The notes below the pieces were generated by a model, which was not told the DNA's origin, did not search any database, and saw nothing but the letters and a program-made list of their open reading frames with translations. The position numbers and the translations under genes were made by a program. Positions 1 through 8,708 of a stretch of 38,651 nt of DNA are shown here, one piece after another. This DNA is from an archaeon (GTDB lineage Archaea > Nanobdellota > Nanobdellia > Pacearchaeales > GW2011-AR1). Each line of letters starts with the position of its first letter. Position 1 is the first letter of the stretch. The stretch covers positions 1-38,651 of the forward strand of contig JAZDPV010000007.1 of NCBI GenBank assembly GCA_043797265.1, in the 5' to 3' direction.

Positions 1-270
1 AGTTTGTATGATATCTACTAGATGTGTTGTTGATTGAGTGGAAGGATCCTCTAGTACGAGAGGAACGGGGATTCGGAGCCTCTGGTCTACCAGTTGTTAT
101 GAGCAGGCTGGGCAGCTACGCTCTATCCGATAAGTGCTGAAGGCATCTAAGCACGAAGCGGACCGCAAAACGAATCAACATAGGCCGCAGTAAAAGACTG
201 CGTTGATAGAGATGGGATGTAAGCATTGAGCTCACGCGATTTGTTCAGTCCGCATCTACTAAAAGCTACA
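1..270 (+). rRNA. rrl: 23S rRNA, 3' end (partial)
   Basis: Sarcin-ricin loop AGTACGAGAGGAAC at 53-66, followed by conserved domain VI motifs (GCTGAAGGCATCTAAG, GTTGATAG). The 3' boundary is approximate; a T-rich tract follows. Confidence 0.95.
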
Positions 271-398
271 TTTTTATTTTTCTTCACGTGATTTCTTATA
301 CTGTTCTTGTTTTGAAATAATGTTTTTGATATTATTTTTAAAAATTATGATAACATTAAGATTTAAAATCTCAATTTCTTTATGTTGCGTGAGGTTGA

Positions 399-1601
399 AT
401 GAGCTTTATTTTAAGGAGGCAGAAGGGAATGGTTTTTACGAGGATGGCTAGATTGGCTATTGTTCTTTTTATTTTGTCAATTGCATTTTCTTTTATTGAT
501 ACTATTTGGGCGGTTTATCTGGATAGTTTTGTTCACAGCGCTTCGATTGTTGGGTTTGTTTCGTCGTTTTTGACTTTGGTTTCGTTTGTTTCTTTTTTCT
601 TTATAACGACGCTGATTGAGAAATCGAGCAAGACGAAGTTGTTTTTGTTGTCGTTGTTTTTGTTTTTTATTTCTTATTTGTTGTTTGCTATTAATACTAA
701 TTTTTATGTTGTGGTTGTGCTGGCGGTTGTCGTTACTGTTTTGCATACTTTGCGAATTACGAGTTTTGGGATTTTGGTGAAAGAGGATTCGGGGAGGACG
801 CAACTTTCGAGAAATGAAGGTTTGATGTATACTTTCATGAATCTTGCGTGGGTTGTCGGGCCGTTGATTGCGGGATTTATTTCTGATAAATATGGAATTA
901 ATTTAATTTTTGTTTTGGCTGCTATTTTTGTTTTGACTTCGATTTTATTTTTTAAAGTTTCGAAAATTAGAGACCCTGGAATTAAAGAGCGGGAACATCC
1001 GAATGTCTTGAGGAACTTTAAGGATTTTTTCAAAGACAAAGAAAGAAGGTTGGCGTATATTCTTGGTGGTGGAGTTAATTTTTGGTGGTCGTTGATTTAT
1101 CTTTTTATTCCGGTTTTTATCGTCGAGAGCGGGTTTCATATCAAATGGGTTGGTTATTTTTTATTCGCGATTGCCATTCCGTTGATTTTGTTTTCGTATT
1201 ATTTTTCGAAACTTGCTGGAAAAGTTGGGTTTAAAAAAGTTTTTAGAATTGGTTTCTTGATTCCGTGCTTGATGGCGTTTATTTGTTTTTTCGTCGGCAA
1301 TATTTATTTAATTTTGCTGGCGCTGGTTTTTGCGAGTATTGGCCTGGCGATGTTGGAATCCACGACGGAATCTTACTTTTTTGATGTCCTGAAAGGGAAA
1401 GAAGAACTGAGATTTTATGGACCGTATAATACTGCGATTGATGTGAATCATTTTGTGAGCAGATTATTTTCATCGGTGTTGTTGTTGTTGTTGCCATTTA
1501 AATTTATATTTTTATTTTACGGGTTGGCGATGTTTGTTTTCTTTTTGCTTTCTTTCAGGGTAAAAAATATTGTCGAGAAAAACAGAAAAAGGAGAAGATG
1601 A
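399..1601 (+). CDS. MFS transporter
   Basis: About 12 hydrophobic segments, with MFS-like loops (GPLIAGFISDKYG, KLAGKVGFKK). The start could be 429. Confidence 0.85.
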   Translation: MSFILRRQKGMVFTRMARLAIVLFILSIAFSFIDTIWAVYLDSFVHSASIVGFVSSFLTLVSFVSFFFITTLIEKSSKTKLFLLSLFLFFISYLLFAINTNFYVVVVLAVVVTVLHTLRITSFGILVKEDSGRTQLSRNEGLMYTFMNLAWVVGPLIAGFISDKYGINLIFVLAAIFVLTSILFFKVSKIRDPGIKEREHPNVLRNFKDFFKDKERRLAYILGGGVNFWWSLIYLFIPVFIVESGFHIKWVGYFLFAIAIPLILFSYYFSKLAGKVGFKKVFRIGFLIPCLMAFICFFVGNIYLILLALVFASIGLAMLESTTESYFFDVLKGKEELRFYGPYNTAIDVNHFVSRLFSSVLLLLLPFKFIFLFYGLAMFVFFLLSFRVKNIVEKNRKRRR

Positions 1602-2288
1602 ATGGAAAAACCTTATATAAAAAAATTTTGTGAAATTGGAGATTTCAAGGTTTGGATTGTCGATGGGGTTTATGTTCGGAGAAACATCGACGAGGAATTT
1701 ACTAATTGTGGGCAGCACTTTGAATTTAAGTTTATTCCGCGGAACGAGTTCTGGATTGATAGAGAACGGAAGCCGGGAGAAGAAAAATATTATATTGATT
1801 CGATGGTAATAATGCATCGGCTGATGTCGGGAGGTATGGGACGCTGGGAAGCGATTAAGGTTGCGGATAAAACCGAGAAGAGAGAGAGGGCGAAGTCGGA
1901 GTTGATGAAAAAAGAATTAAAGATTAGGGGCGATAAAAAATTGGTGGATAGCGTTCGGGTGAAATTTTTGAAGACATATAGTGGGAAGGTGAAGGTTTGG
2001 ATTGTGAATGGGGAAGCGGTGCGGGATTTGTTTTTTATTGATTTTACCGAGGGTGGGCATGACAAAGTTTATCCATTTATACCTTCGGGGGAAATTTGGA
2101 TTGATGACGACGTTTTTCCGAGGGAGAGGAAATTTGTTTTTTTGCATGAGATTCATGAGAGAAATTTGATGAGCGGGGGGATGTGTTACGACGACGCGCA
2201 TAAAGATTCGAGCAAGATAGAACTTTATTGCCGGACTCGTCCGAAAGAGACGGAAAAGAAAATTAGGGATGAAGTTGCAAAAGAATAA
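1602..2288 (+). CDS. Hypothetical protein with internal domain duplication and HExxE..H motif
   Basis: Two copies of KVWIV(D/N)G..VR...(I/F)..F T..G.H....FIP..E(F/I)WID. The second copy is followed by HEIHE...YDDAH. Confidence 0.75.
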   Translation: MEKPYIKKFCEIGDFKVWIVDGVYVRRNIDEEFTNCGQHFEFKFIPRNEFWIDRERKPGEEKYYIDSMVIMHRLMSGGMGRWEAIKVADKTEKRERAKSELMKKELKIRGDKKLVDSVRVKFLKTYSGKVKVWIVNGEAVRDLFFIDFTEGGHDKVYPFIPSGEIWIDDDVFPRERKFVFLHEIHERNLMSGGMCYDDAHKDSSKIELYCRTRPKETEKKIRDEVAKE

Positions 2289-2317
2289 TTTTAAAAAGTG
2301 TCTTTTTGTGGGTTTAT

Positions 2318-2615
2318 GTCAGTGGGGAAGCTAACTGTCGGTGCCGAGTTAATGACTCAAGGAAATGTAAAATGGTTTCTGGTGCTGAGGAAGGTCCGCA
2401 CATCCTTCGGTAATTTAGTTTATCGAAGACAAAGGCAAGTACGAAAGTATTACGTCGAGAGGCGTGGCTCTGGTATAGAGACGAGAAATGTGGAACGAGC
2501 AACCTGCCTGATGCAATCACAGCTTTGTGAGCTTAGTCAGATGTTAGCACAAACTGTTTGTCTCAAGTACAAGATGGGACAAAGTTTGACAGAACGTGGC
2601 CTATTTCCTACTGAC
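2318..2615 (+). ncRNA. rnpB: RNase P RNA (archaeal)
   Basis: P1 GTCAGTGGGGAA (2318) pairs with TTCCTACTGAC (ends 2615). CR-I GAGGAAGGTCCGC (2387-2399) and CR-V ACAGAACGTGGCCTA form P4 with the bulged U (AGG-U-CCGC / GTGGCCT). TATA box TTTAAAAA at 2290-2297; T-run terminator after 2615. Confidence 0.92.
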
Positions 2616-2621
2616 TTTTTA

Positions 2622-3209
2622 TTATGGAAATAATAATTTTAGTGTTTGGCCGATGAAGCCGGCGAAGACCGGGATTGCAAGGTTGTCGTCGACGTGGGGG
2701 AAGACGGTTTCGACGAATGTTGCCATGGCTGCCATTGGGATTATAATTGCCCAGTTGCCGATGATTAGGTAACCGATTATTATGTCGACGACGAATTCTG
2801 CGATGATACCTTCCCATGCGGTGTTTGGAACTTTTTTGAGCCAATGTTTCCCGAAGGCGATTCCGAAAATTGCGGCCGCCATGTCGCCGAATATTGTCAT
2901 TAGGATTACTGCGATTGCGATTGGAAATTCAAAGAGGGATAGCGCGAGGATGACGCCGAGGATGTAATAGACCTGGCCGCCAAGGGTGTTTTCTTCTTTT
3001 GGTCGCCAGAGGAAATGGAAGATTGGGATTTTTCTGTGTTCAATTACTCTGAAAAATTCTATGGTTATGAAAAATAACAAAGTGGCGAGGAGAGTTAGGA
3101 TTGCGATTCGGTGCCCGAAGATTTTCAACGCTATGTAATATGCTATAACGTAGCCGAATCCGAGGAGGTGGATGAATTTTCTTTTTGCTTCGAAGGTGAG
3201 TTTGGACAT
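2622..3209 (-). CDS. Dolichol/phytol kinase-like membrane protein (cytidylyltransferase family)
   Basis: Motifs RKFIHL, GDMAAAIFG..FG and DDNL in a multi-TM protein. Confidence 0.8.
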   Translation of the reverse strand: MSKLTFEAKRKFIHLLGFGYVIAYYIALKIFGHRIAILTLLATLLFFITIEFFRVIEHRKIPIFHFLWRPKEENTLGGQVYYILGVILALSLFEFPIAIAVILMTIFGDMAAAIFGIAFGKHWLKKVPNTAWEGIIAEFVVDIIIGYLIIGNWAIIIPMAAMATFVETVFPHVDDNLAIPVFAGFIGQTLKLLFP

Positions 3210-3248
3210 AATATTATATGGAAAGATTGTTTTTATATTTACTTAGTT

Positions 3249-3587
3249 GGAAAAATTCGAGCAAAGATTTTCGGTGTAGGCGTTCGATTCTGTCTTACTC
3301 GCAATACTTAAAAACTAATGAATTCTAAAATTTATGACGGGGTTGTAGCTCATTGGGAGAGCCTGAAGACCTGCTCACAATTTACATCTCGCAAAATAAT
3401 TTTTATTTTAATTTTGCTCGAAGTGAATTGTTCTGCTCAAACTTCACTCTAAAATTTTTCTGGATATTCTGTAGGAAAAATTCGAGCAAAGATTTTCGGT
3501 GTAGGCGTTCGATTCTGCCTTACTCGCAATACTTAAAAACTAATGAATTTTAAAATCTATGACGGGGTTGTAGCTCATTGGGAGAGC
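3249..3587 (+). repeat. ~114 bp direct repeat (3249-3362 and 3474-3587) containing the tRNA-Phe promoter and 5' half
   Basis: Near-identical copies of GGAAAAATTCGAGCAAAGATTTTCGG...GGGGTTGTAGCTCATTGGGAGAGC. Confidence 0.95.
3339..3371 (+). pseudogene. Truncated tRNA-Phe copy
   Basis: Acceptor 5' strand and D-arm are identical to the intact tRNA, then CTGAAGACC with the anticodon 5' stem deleted; no T-arm follows. Confidence 0.85.
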
Positions 3588-3635
3588 ACACGGCTGAAGA
3601 CCGTGGTGTAGGGAGTTCGATTCTCCCCAGCCCCA
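3564..3635 (+). tRNA. tRNA-Phe(GAA)
   Basis: Full cloverleaf: GGGGTTG/CAGCCCC acceptor, GCTC/GAGC D-stem, CACGG-CTGAAGA-CCGTG, GGGAG-TTCGATT-CTCCC. No intron; CCA not encoded. Confidence 0.97.
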
Positions 3636-3712
3636 TAGTTGAGAAAATTCGAGCAAATTTCTCACAGTTCCGTTATGAGAACTTTTATAAATGTGAGATG
3701 TTATTGTTTTTT

Positions 3713-4264
3713 ATGAGAGGGAAGAGGGGTGCGATTGAGTTGTCGATTGGGACGATTGTGATTATTGTGTTGGCGATGTCGATGTTGATTCTTGGGTTGG
3801 TTTTGGTTAAGAATATTTTTAGCGGGTCGTCGGAAAATATTTTGCAAATGAATGATAAAGTCAAGGATGAGATTAACAAGTTGTTTGTCGAGGATAAAAG
3901 GACGGTTGTTTATTTGCCGAACCAGATTGCAAAGATTGAACAGAATGAGGATTGGGGCGTCGCGTTTGGAATTAAAAATTTGGCGAAGGGAACTGCTGAA
4001 GTTGGGAAGTTTAGTTATGAAGTTACAGTTTCGGACCCGGATGTAAAACAAAAGTGCGGGATTGACGAGAATAGTATTGAAAGTTGGATTAAAACGGGGA
4101 GAGTTGATAGTATGGATATTGCGCCTGGACAGAATTATTATGGGATTGTTAGGTTTTTGGTTCCTGAGAATGCGCCACTTTGCACGATAAGGTTTCATAT
4201 CGACGTGAAAATGGATGGACAAACGTATACCACAGATTTTTTTGATGTTGAAGTGATTGCATAA
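3713..4264 (+). CDS. Pilin-like protein with class III signal peptide
   Basis: MRGKRG/AIELSIGTIVIIVL... hydrophobic N-helix. TTTATAAA at 3684-3691 supports a start at 3713 rather than 3578, which lies inside the tRNA. Confidence 0.8.
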   Translation: MRGKRGAIELSIGTIVIIVLAMSMLILGLVLVKNIFSGSSENILQMNDKVKDEINKLFVEDKRTVVYLPNQIAKIEQNEDWGVAFGIKNLAKGTAEVGKFSYEVTVSDPDVKQKCGIDENSIESWIKTGRVDSMDIAPGQNYYGIVRFLVPENAPLCTIRFHIDVKMDGQTYTTDFFDVEVIA

Positions 4265-4396
4265 TTGCGAAGCAATTATGCAGAACGGCTTTGCCTACAG
4301 AACGCTAATGCTACAGAATTAAGAACGCTTCGCTGGAGACTGACTTTGTATGTAATTATCGTGAAGTTTATTAATGGTAGAGTTGTTTTTGTTGGG

Positions 4397-5326
4397 ATGA
4401 AGATATTAGTTATTGGGGATTTGCATGGTCGACGACCGCTGATTAAGAATAAAGATTTTGATTGTATGGTTCTAGTTGGGGATATTTGTGATGATAAAAA
4501 GATTGGTCCAATTTATAAAAAATGGTTTGAAGAATTAGCAAGGCTTGGCGAGAAAGATACTTTTTTAGATTTTGAAAAATTTGCTGCCAAATATTTAGGA
4601 AGTAAAAAGAAGTTAGTAGCTTATGAAAAAATATCTTTGAAAGAGGGGAATAAAATTTTAAGGTATCTTGATTCTTTTGGGAAGCCGATTTTTATGGTCG
4701 CTGGGAATTGGGACCAAAGTTATGGGAAATCTAGGATTAAAGATTTGAATAAGAATTATTATAATTATATTAAATGGTTTTATGATTCGTGGGCTGGAGA
4801 TGAGATTAATTCTGAATTAATTAAGGGAACGAAGAATGTTAAAAATTGTATGTTGCATAATATTGAGTTTGGTGGAATTAATTTTGTTGGATATGGGTTG
4901 TCTAGTGCATTTGAAGATTTTAGGATGAGAACTAAAAAAATAAAAACGAGGGGAGAGAAAATTGTAATGCTGAAAAAAGCTTATGATAAAATAGGTTGGA
5001 AATTAGAAAGTGTTAATCTTAAGAGAAACAAGAAATTTTTGACTTTTTTTATTAGTCATAATATTCCATATGGAACAAAGTTGGATAAAGTTAAAAATAA
5101 GAAATCTTATGCTTATGGAAAACATTTGGGGTCGACGATTGCTCGGGATTTTTGTAGAAGATTTAAACCTTTGATTTGCGTTGGTGGGCATGTTCATGAG
5201 GGACGAGGTCGTGATAAAATTGGGCGGACTATTGTTGTCAATCCGGGATATGGGAGGCAAGCGCAGGTTTTGGTTGAGGTTGATACAAAGAAGGGAAAGG
5301 TTAAAAGTGTGAAGTTCTTGAACTAG
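4397..5326 (+). CDS. Metallophosphoesterase (calcineurin-like, Icc family)
   Basis: Motifs GDLHG, GD, GNWD, SHNIP and GHVHE. Confidence 0.9.
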   Translation: MKILVIGDLHGRRPLIKNKDFDCMVLVGDICDDKKIGPIYKKWFEELARLGEKDTFLDFEKFAAKYLGSKKKLVAYEKISLKEGNKILRYLDSFGKPIFMVAGNWDQSYGKSRIKDLNKNYYNYIKWFYDSWAGDEINSELIKGTKNVKNCMLHNIEFGGINFVGYGLSSAFEDFRMRTKKIKTRGEKIVMLKKAYDKIGWKLESVNLKRNKKFLTFFISHNIPYGTKLDKVKNKKSYAYGKHLGSTIARDFCRRFKPLICVGGHVHEGRGRDKIGRTIVVNPGYGRQAQVLVEVDTKKGKVKSVKFLN

Positions 5327-5328
5327 TT

Positions 5329-6693
5329 ATGTTAAAATTATATAATACATTGTCGAGGAAGAAGGAAATTTTTAAGCCAATTAAGAAGGGTGAGGTTGGG
5401 ATTTATAGCTGTGGGCCGACGGTTTATTGGTTTGCGCACGTTGGGAATTTTAGAAGTTATGTTTTCGCGGATGTTTTGAAACGGGTTTTGGTTTATGATA
5501 ATTTTAAAGTTAAACATATAATTAACGTGACGGATGTTGGGCATTTGACGTCGGACGCGGACGAGGGTGAGGACAAGTTAGAGAAGTCGGCTAAGAAAGA
5601 GGGTCGGACAGCGACGGAGATTGGTCATTTTTATTTTGATGCGTTCTTGAAAGATTTTAGGAAATTAAATTTGGTTGAGCCGATGAAGTGGGTTTGGGCG
5701 ACGGAACACATTCGAGAGCAAATTGATTTGATTAAAATTTTGGAGAAGAAGGGATTTACTTATCGGACTTCGGATGGGATTTATTTTGATAGTTCGAAGG
5801 TTGCGGATTATGGGAAGTTAGCGCGGTTGAGGATTGAAAGTTTGAAGGCGGGAAAACGAATTGCTGTCGGTGAAAAGAAAAATAAAACTGATTTTGCGTT
5901 GTGGAAATTTTCAGGGAAACCGGGGGAGAGGCAACAAGAATGGGATTCGCCGTGGGGACTTGGCTTTCCGGGATGGCATATTGAATGTTCGGCGATGGCG
6001 TCGAAATATTTAGGGAAGCAGTTTGATGTTCATACCGGGGGGGAGGACCACCTTGGGGTTCATCATGTAAATGAGATTGCGCAGAGCGAGAGCGCGTGGG
6101 AGAAGAAACCATGGGTTCGGTATTGGATGCATGGGGCGTTTTTGAATTTGAAAGGCGGGAAGATGTCGAAGTCGAGTGGCGGGATTAAGACGATTGGTGA
6201 ATTGGAGAGAGATGGGATTGATGCTTTGGCTTACAAATATTTTTGTTACACCGCGCATTATCGGAAACCGTTGACTTGGAGTGATGAGGCGATTTCGTCG
6301 GCAGTTAGTTCGTTTAAGAAGTTGAAAAATATTTGTCTTGATTTGATTGACGATGGGAAAGTTAACATGAAGTATTTGAAGGAATTTGAGAAATGTATCG
6401 ACGATGATTTGGACATGCCGGGTGCCGTCGCTGTTTTGTGGTCGATGTTGAGAGATGAGAAAGCTAACGGGAAAGTTGGGGCCGTGAAAAAGATGGATGA
6501 GGTTTTTGGGTTGGGGTTGCTTTCCGAAAATAAGGTTGAAGTGCCGTCGGAGGTTAAGAAGTTGGCTAAGGAGAGAAGTTTGGCTCGGAAGGAAAAAGAT
6601 TGGAAGAGGGCGGATGAGTTGAGGGAGAAGATTGAGAAGTTGGGGTGGAAGATTGAGGATGTTGGGAATGGGTTTGAGTTGGAGAAAGTTTAA
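5329..6693 (+). CDS. cysS: Cysteinyl-tRNA synthetase
   Basis: Motifs CGPTVY, HVGN, PGWHIECSAM and KMSKS. Confidence 0.98.
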   Translation: MLKLYNTLSRKKEIFKPIKKGEVGIYSCGPTVYWFAHVGNFRSYVFADVLKRVLVYDNFKVKHIINVTDVGHLTSDADEGEDKLEKSAKKEGRTATEIGHFYFDAFLKDFRKLNLVEPMKWVWATEHIREQIDLIKILEKKGFTYRTSDGIYFDSSKVADYGKLARLRIESLKAGKRIAVGEKKNKTDFALWKFSGKPGERQQEWDSPWGLGFPGWHIECSAMASKYLGKQFDVHTGGEDHLGVHHVNEIAQSESAWEKKPWVRYWMHGAFLNLKGGKMSKSSGGIKTIGELERDGIDALAYKYFCYTAHYRKPLTWSDEAISSAVSSFKKLKNICLDLIDDGKVNMKYLKEFEKCIDDDLDMPGAVAVLWSMLRDEKANGKVGAVKKMDEVFGLGLLSENKVEVPSEVKKLAKERSLARKEKDWKRADELREKIEKLGWKIEDVGNGFELEKV

Positions 6694-6720
6694 GAAGATA
6701 AAAATATTTAGAAGTTTAAA

Positions 6721-6990
6721 ATGGTGAAGAGGTCGATTTGGGATTGGTTGGCATGGATTGCGTTGGGGAGTTTGGTTGTTTGGTTGGTTTTAAGAGGAAT
6801 TGGAATTATTAACACGCCTTTTTTATTAGAGTATTATCCTTATTTTGTTATTACATATTTTTTTGGTTATCAGATTGGCAAACTAAACCACATTATTTAT
6901 GAAGTTGATGGACTGAAAAAATTTAGAAATGAAACAATAAAAAAGATACATAAAATTGAATTAAATTGCATTAGAAATCATGGGAAATAA
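6721..6990 (+). CDS. Small membrane protein (2 TM)
   Basis: 89-aa ORF with two hydrophobic segments and a charged tail. Confidence 0.7.
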   Translation: MVKRSIWDWLAWIALGSLVVWLVLRGIGIINTPFLLEYYPYFVITYFFGYQIGKLNHIIYEVDGLKKFRNETIKKIHKIELNCIRNHGK

Positions 6991-7096
6991 ATTTATTGAA
7001 AGACATATTGGTACGTCGGTTTGGGATTGGCTGGCGTGGATTGCGTTGGGGAGTATTTTGGTTTGGACTATATTAAAAAGTTTTGGGATAATATAA
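6980..7096 (+). CDS. Unannotated 38-aa membrane peptide, paralog of the N-terminus of 6721..6990
   Basis: Translated by hand as MGNKFIERHIGTSVWDWLAWIALGSILVWTILKSFGII*. Its stop overlaps the RuBisCO start (TAATG). Confidence 0.6.
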   Translation: MGNKFIERHIGTSVWDWLAWIALGSILVWTILKSFGII

Positions 7097-8361
7097 TGAA
7101 AAAATTTTCGTTTATTGATAAGGAATACAAGCCGGGGCGGAGTGATTTGGTTTGTTTGTTTCGGGTGACGCCGTCGGGGATGAGTTTTGACGAGGCGGTG
7201 AATAATGTTGCGTTGGAAAGTTCGGTCGGGACGTGGTGTGATGTAAAAAGTAATGAGAGTTATGTGAATAAGCTGGGGGCGAAAGTTTTTGCTGTTTCTG
7301 GGAATTATGTGAAGATTGCTTATCCGCAGGAATTGTTTGAGGAGGGGAGTGTTGCGAATATTTTGTCGTCGGTGGCGGGAAATGTTTTTGGGATGAAGGC
7401 GGTCAGGGGTTTGAGATTGGAAGATATAAAATTTCCGACGAGGTTGTTGAAAAGTTTTCCGGGACCGAGGTTTGGGATTGAAGGTTATCGGAAAATTTTG
7501 GGGGTGAAGAAGCGGCCGTTAGTTGGGACTATTGTGAAACCGAAGTTGGGGTTGAAGACGAAGGACCATGCGAGGGTTGCTTATGATGCTTGGGTTGGTG
7601 GTTGTGATTTGGTGAAGGATGATGAGAATTTGTCGTCGCAGAAATTTAATCCGTTTGACAAGCGGGCTGAGAAAACTTTGGAGATGTGCGACAGGGCGTC
7701 GGAGGAGACTGGGGAGAGGAAGGGTTATTTGATTAATGTAACGGCTGAGGCATTGGAGATGTTGAGGCGGGTTGATGTTGTGAATGAACTGGGTGGGAAG
7801 TTTGTGATGCATGATATTATCACGGCGGGGTTTGCGAGTTTGCAGACGCTGAGGGAGAATTGCAAGCTGGGGATTCATGCGCATCGGGCAATGCATGGGG
7901 CGTTTACAGAGAATCCGGAGCATGGGTTGTCGATGATGTGCGTCGCTGATTTCGCGAGGTTGGCGGGAGTTGATAGTTTACATATTGGGACGGGGATTGG
8001 GAAGATGAGAGGCGGGGTTCGGGAAGTTTCTGAGATTAATGAGGAGATTGAGATGAGACGAGTTGGGAAGACGAAGAATCGGTTGGAGCAAAATTGGGGC
8101 GAGATTAAGCCGGTGATGTCGGTTTGCTCGGGAGGGATTTATCCGGGACATGTTTCGTATTTGATGAAAAATTTTGGAAATGATATTATTGTGCAAGCGG
8201 GAGGTGGGGTTCATGGGCATCCGGCTGGGACGAAAGTTGGGGCGACGGCGATGAGGCAGGCGGTCGACGCTATTATGGATGGCGAGAGTTTGAACGAGTA
8301 TGCGAAAAGTCATAAGGAATTATTTGATGCGTTGGAATTTTGGGGGAAGGTTAGGTTTTGA
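7096..8361 (+). CDS. rbcL: RuBisCO large subunit, form III/III-like
   Basis: Motifs ESSVGTW, KPKLGL, DLVKDDEN, HAHRAMHGA, LHIGT..GKM, SGG and QAGGGVHGHP. Likely start 7096. Confidence 0.95.
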   Translation: MKKFSFIDKEYKPGRSDLVCLFRVTPSGMSFDEAVNNVALESSVGTWCDVKSNESYVNKLGAKVFAVSGNYVKIAYPQELFEEGSVANILSSVAGNVFGMKAVRGLRLEDIKFPTRLLKSFPGPRFGIEGYRKILGVKKRPLVGTIVKPKLGLKTKDHARVAYDAWVGGCDLVKDDENLSSQKFNPFDKRAEKTLEMCDRASEETGERKGYLINVTAEALEMLRRVDVVNELGGKFVMHDIITAGFASLQTLRENCKLGIHAHRAMHGAFTENPEHGLSMMCVADFARLAGVDSLHIGTGIGKMRGGVREVSEINEEIEMRRVGKTKNRLEQNWGEIKPVMSVCSGGIYPGHVSYLMKNFGNDIIVQAGGGVHGHPAGTKVGATAMRQAVDAIMDGESLNEYAKSHKELFDALEFWGKVRF

Positions 8362-8408
8362 TTGTTTAGTATAATAATATTTTTAAAGAGTGTTGGTAAA
8401 ATTTATTT

Positions 8409-8678
8409 ATGGAAGATAGAATGCCGGTGGTGAAACTTGGGGTATCATTGAGGAGAGAGCACCCGCGAAATTATATTGAGTATCTCGAGTGTAATCGCGA
8501 GGAGGTTGTGGATTTTTGTGAGAATCTTTGTGGATTAAATCCCGATAAGGCGGAGAAAGCTTATCGGCAACTTTTAGATGATGCGAGGGAGGATGAAAGG
8601 GGCGCTGATTCATTTAGAAAATACAAAGGGGAGAGAGGGAAGGGGGGCATGCGCACTAGATTTCTCAGAATAGACTAA
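8409..8678 (+). CDS. Hypothetical protein
   Basis: 89-aa ORF with an upstream TATA-like TTTTAAA; no recognisable motif. Confidence 0.55.
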   Translation: MEDRMPVVKLGVSLRREHPRNYIEYLECNREEVVDFCENLCGLNPDKAEKAYRQLLDDAREDERGADSFRKYKGERGKGGMRTRFLRID

Positions 8679-8708
8679 TTTTTTAAAGTCTTGTTTTCTT
8701 GGAGTTGT

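Noticed and set aside
271-398. 5S rRNA after 23S
   Set aside because: AT-rich spacer with no 5S motifs.
2298-2633. 111-aa ORF
   Set aside because: Coincides with the RNase P RNA; no protein features.
3249-3371. Split or permuted tRNA gene
   Set aside because: An intact tRNA-Phe is adjacent. The fragments lack the anticodon stem, complementary leaders and BHB motifs.
3353-3712. ORF 3353..3553 and the N-terminal extension of ORF 3578..4264
   Set aside because: Both begin inside tRNA or tRNA-remnant sequence; the TATA position supports a start at 3713.
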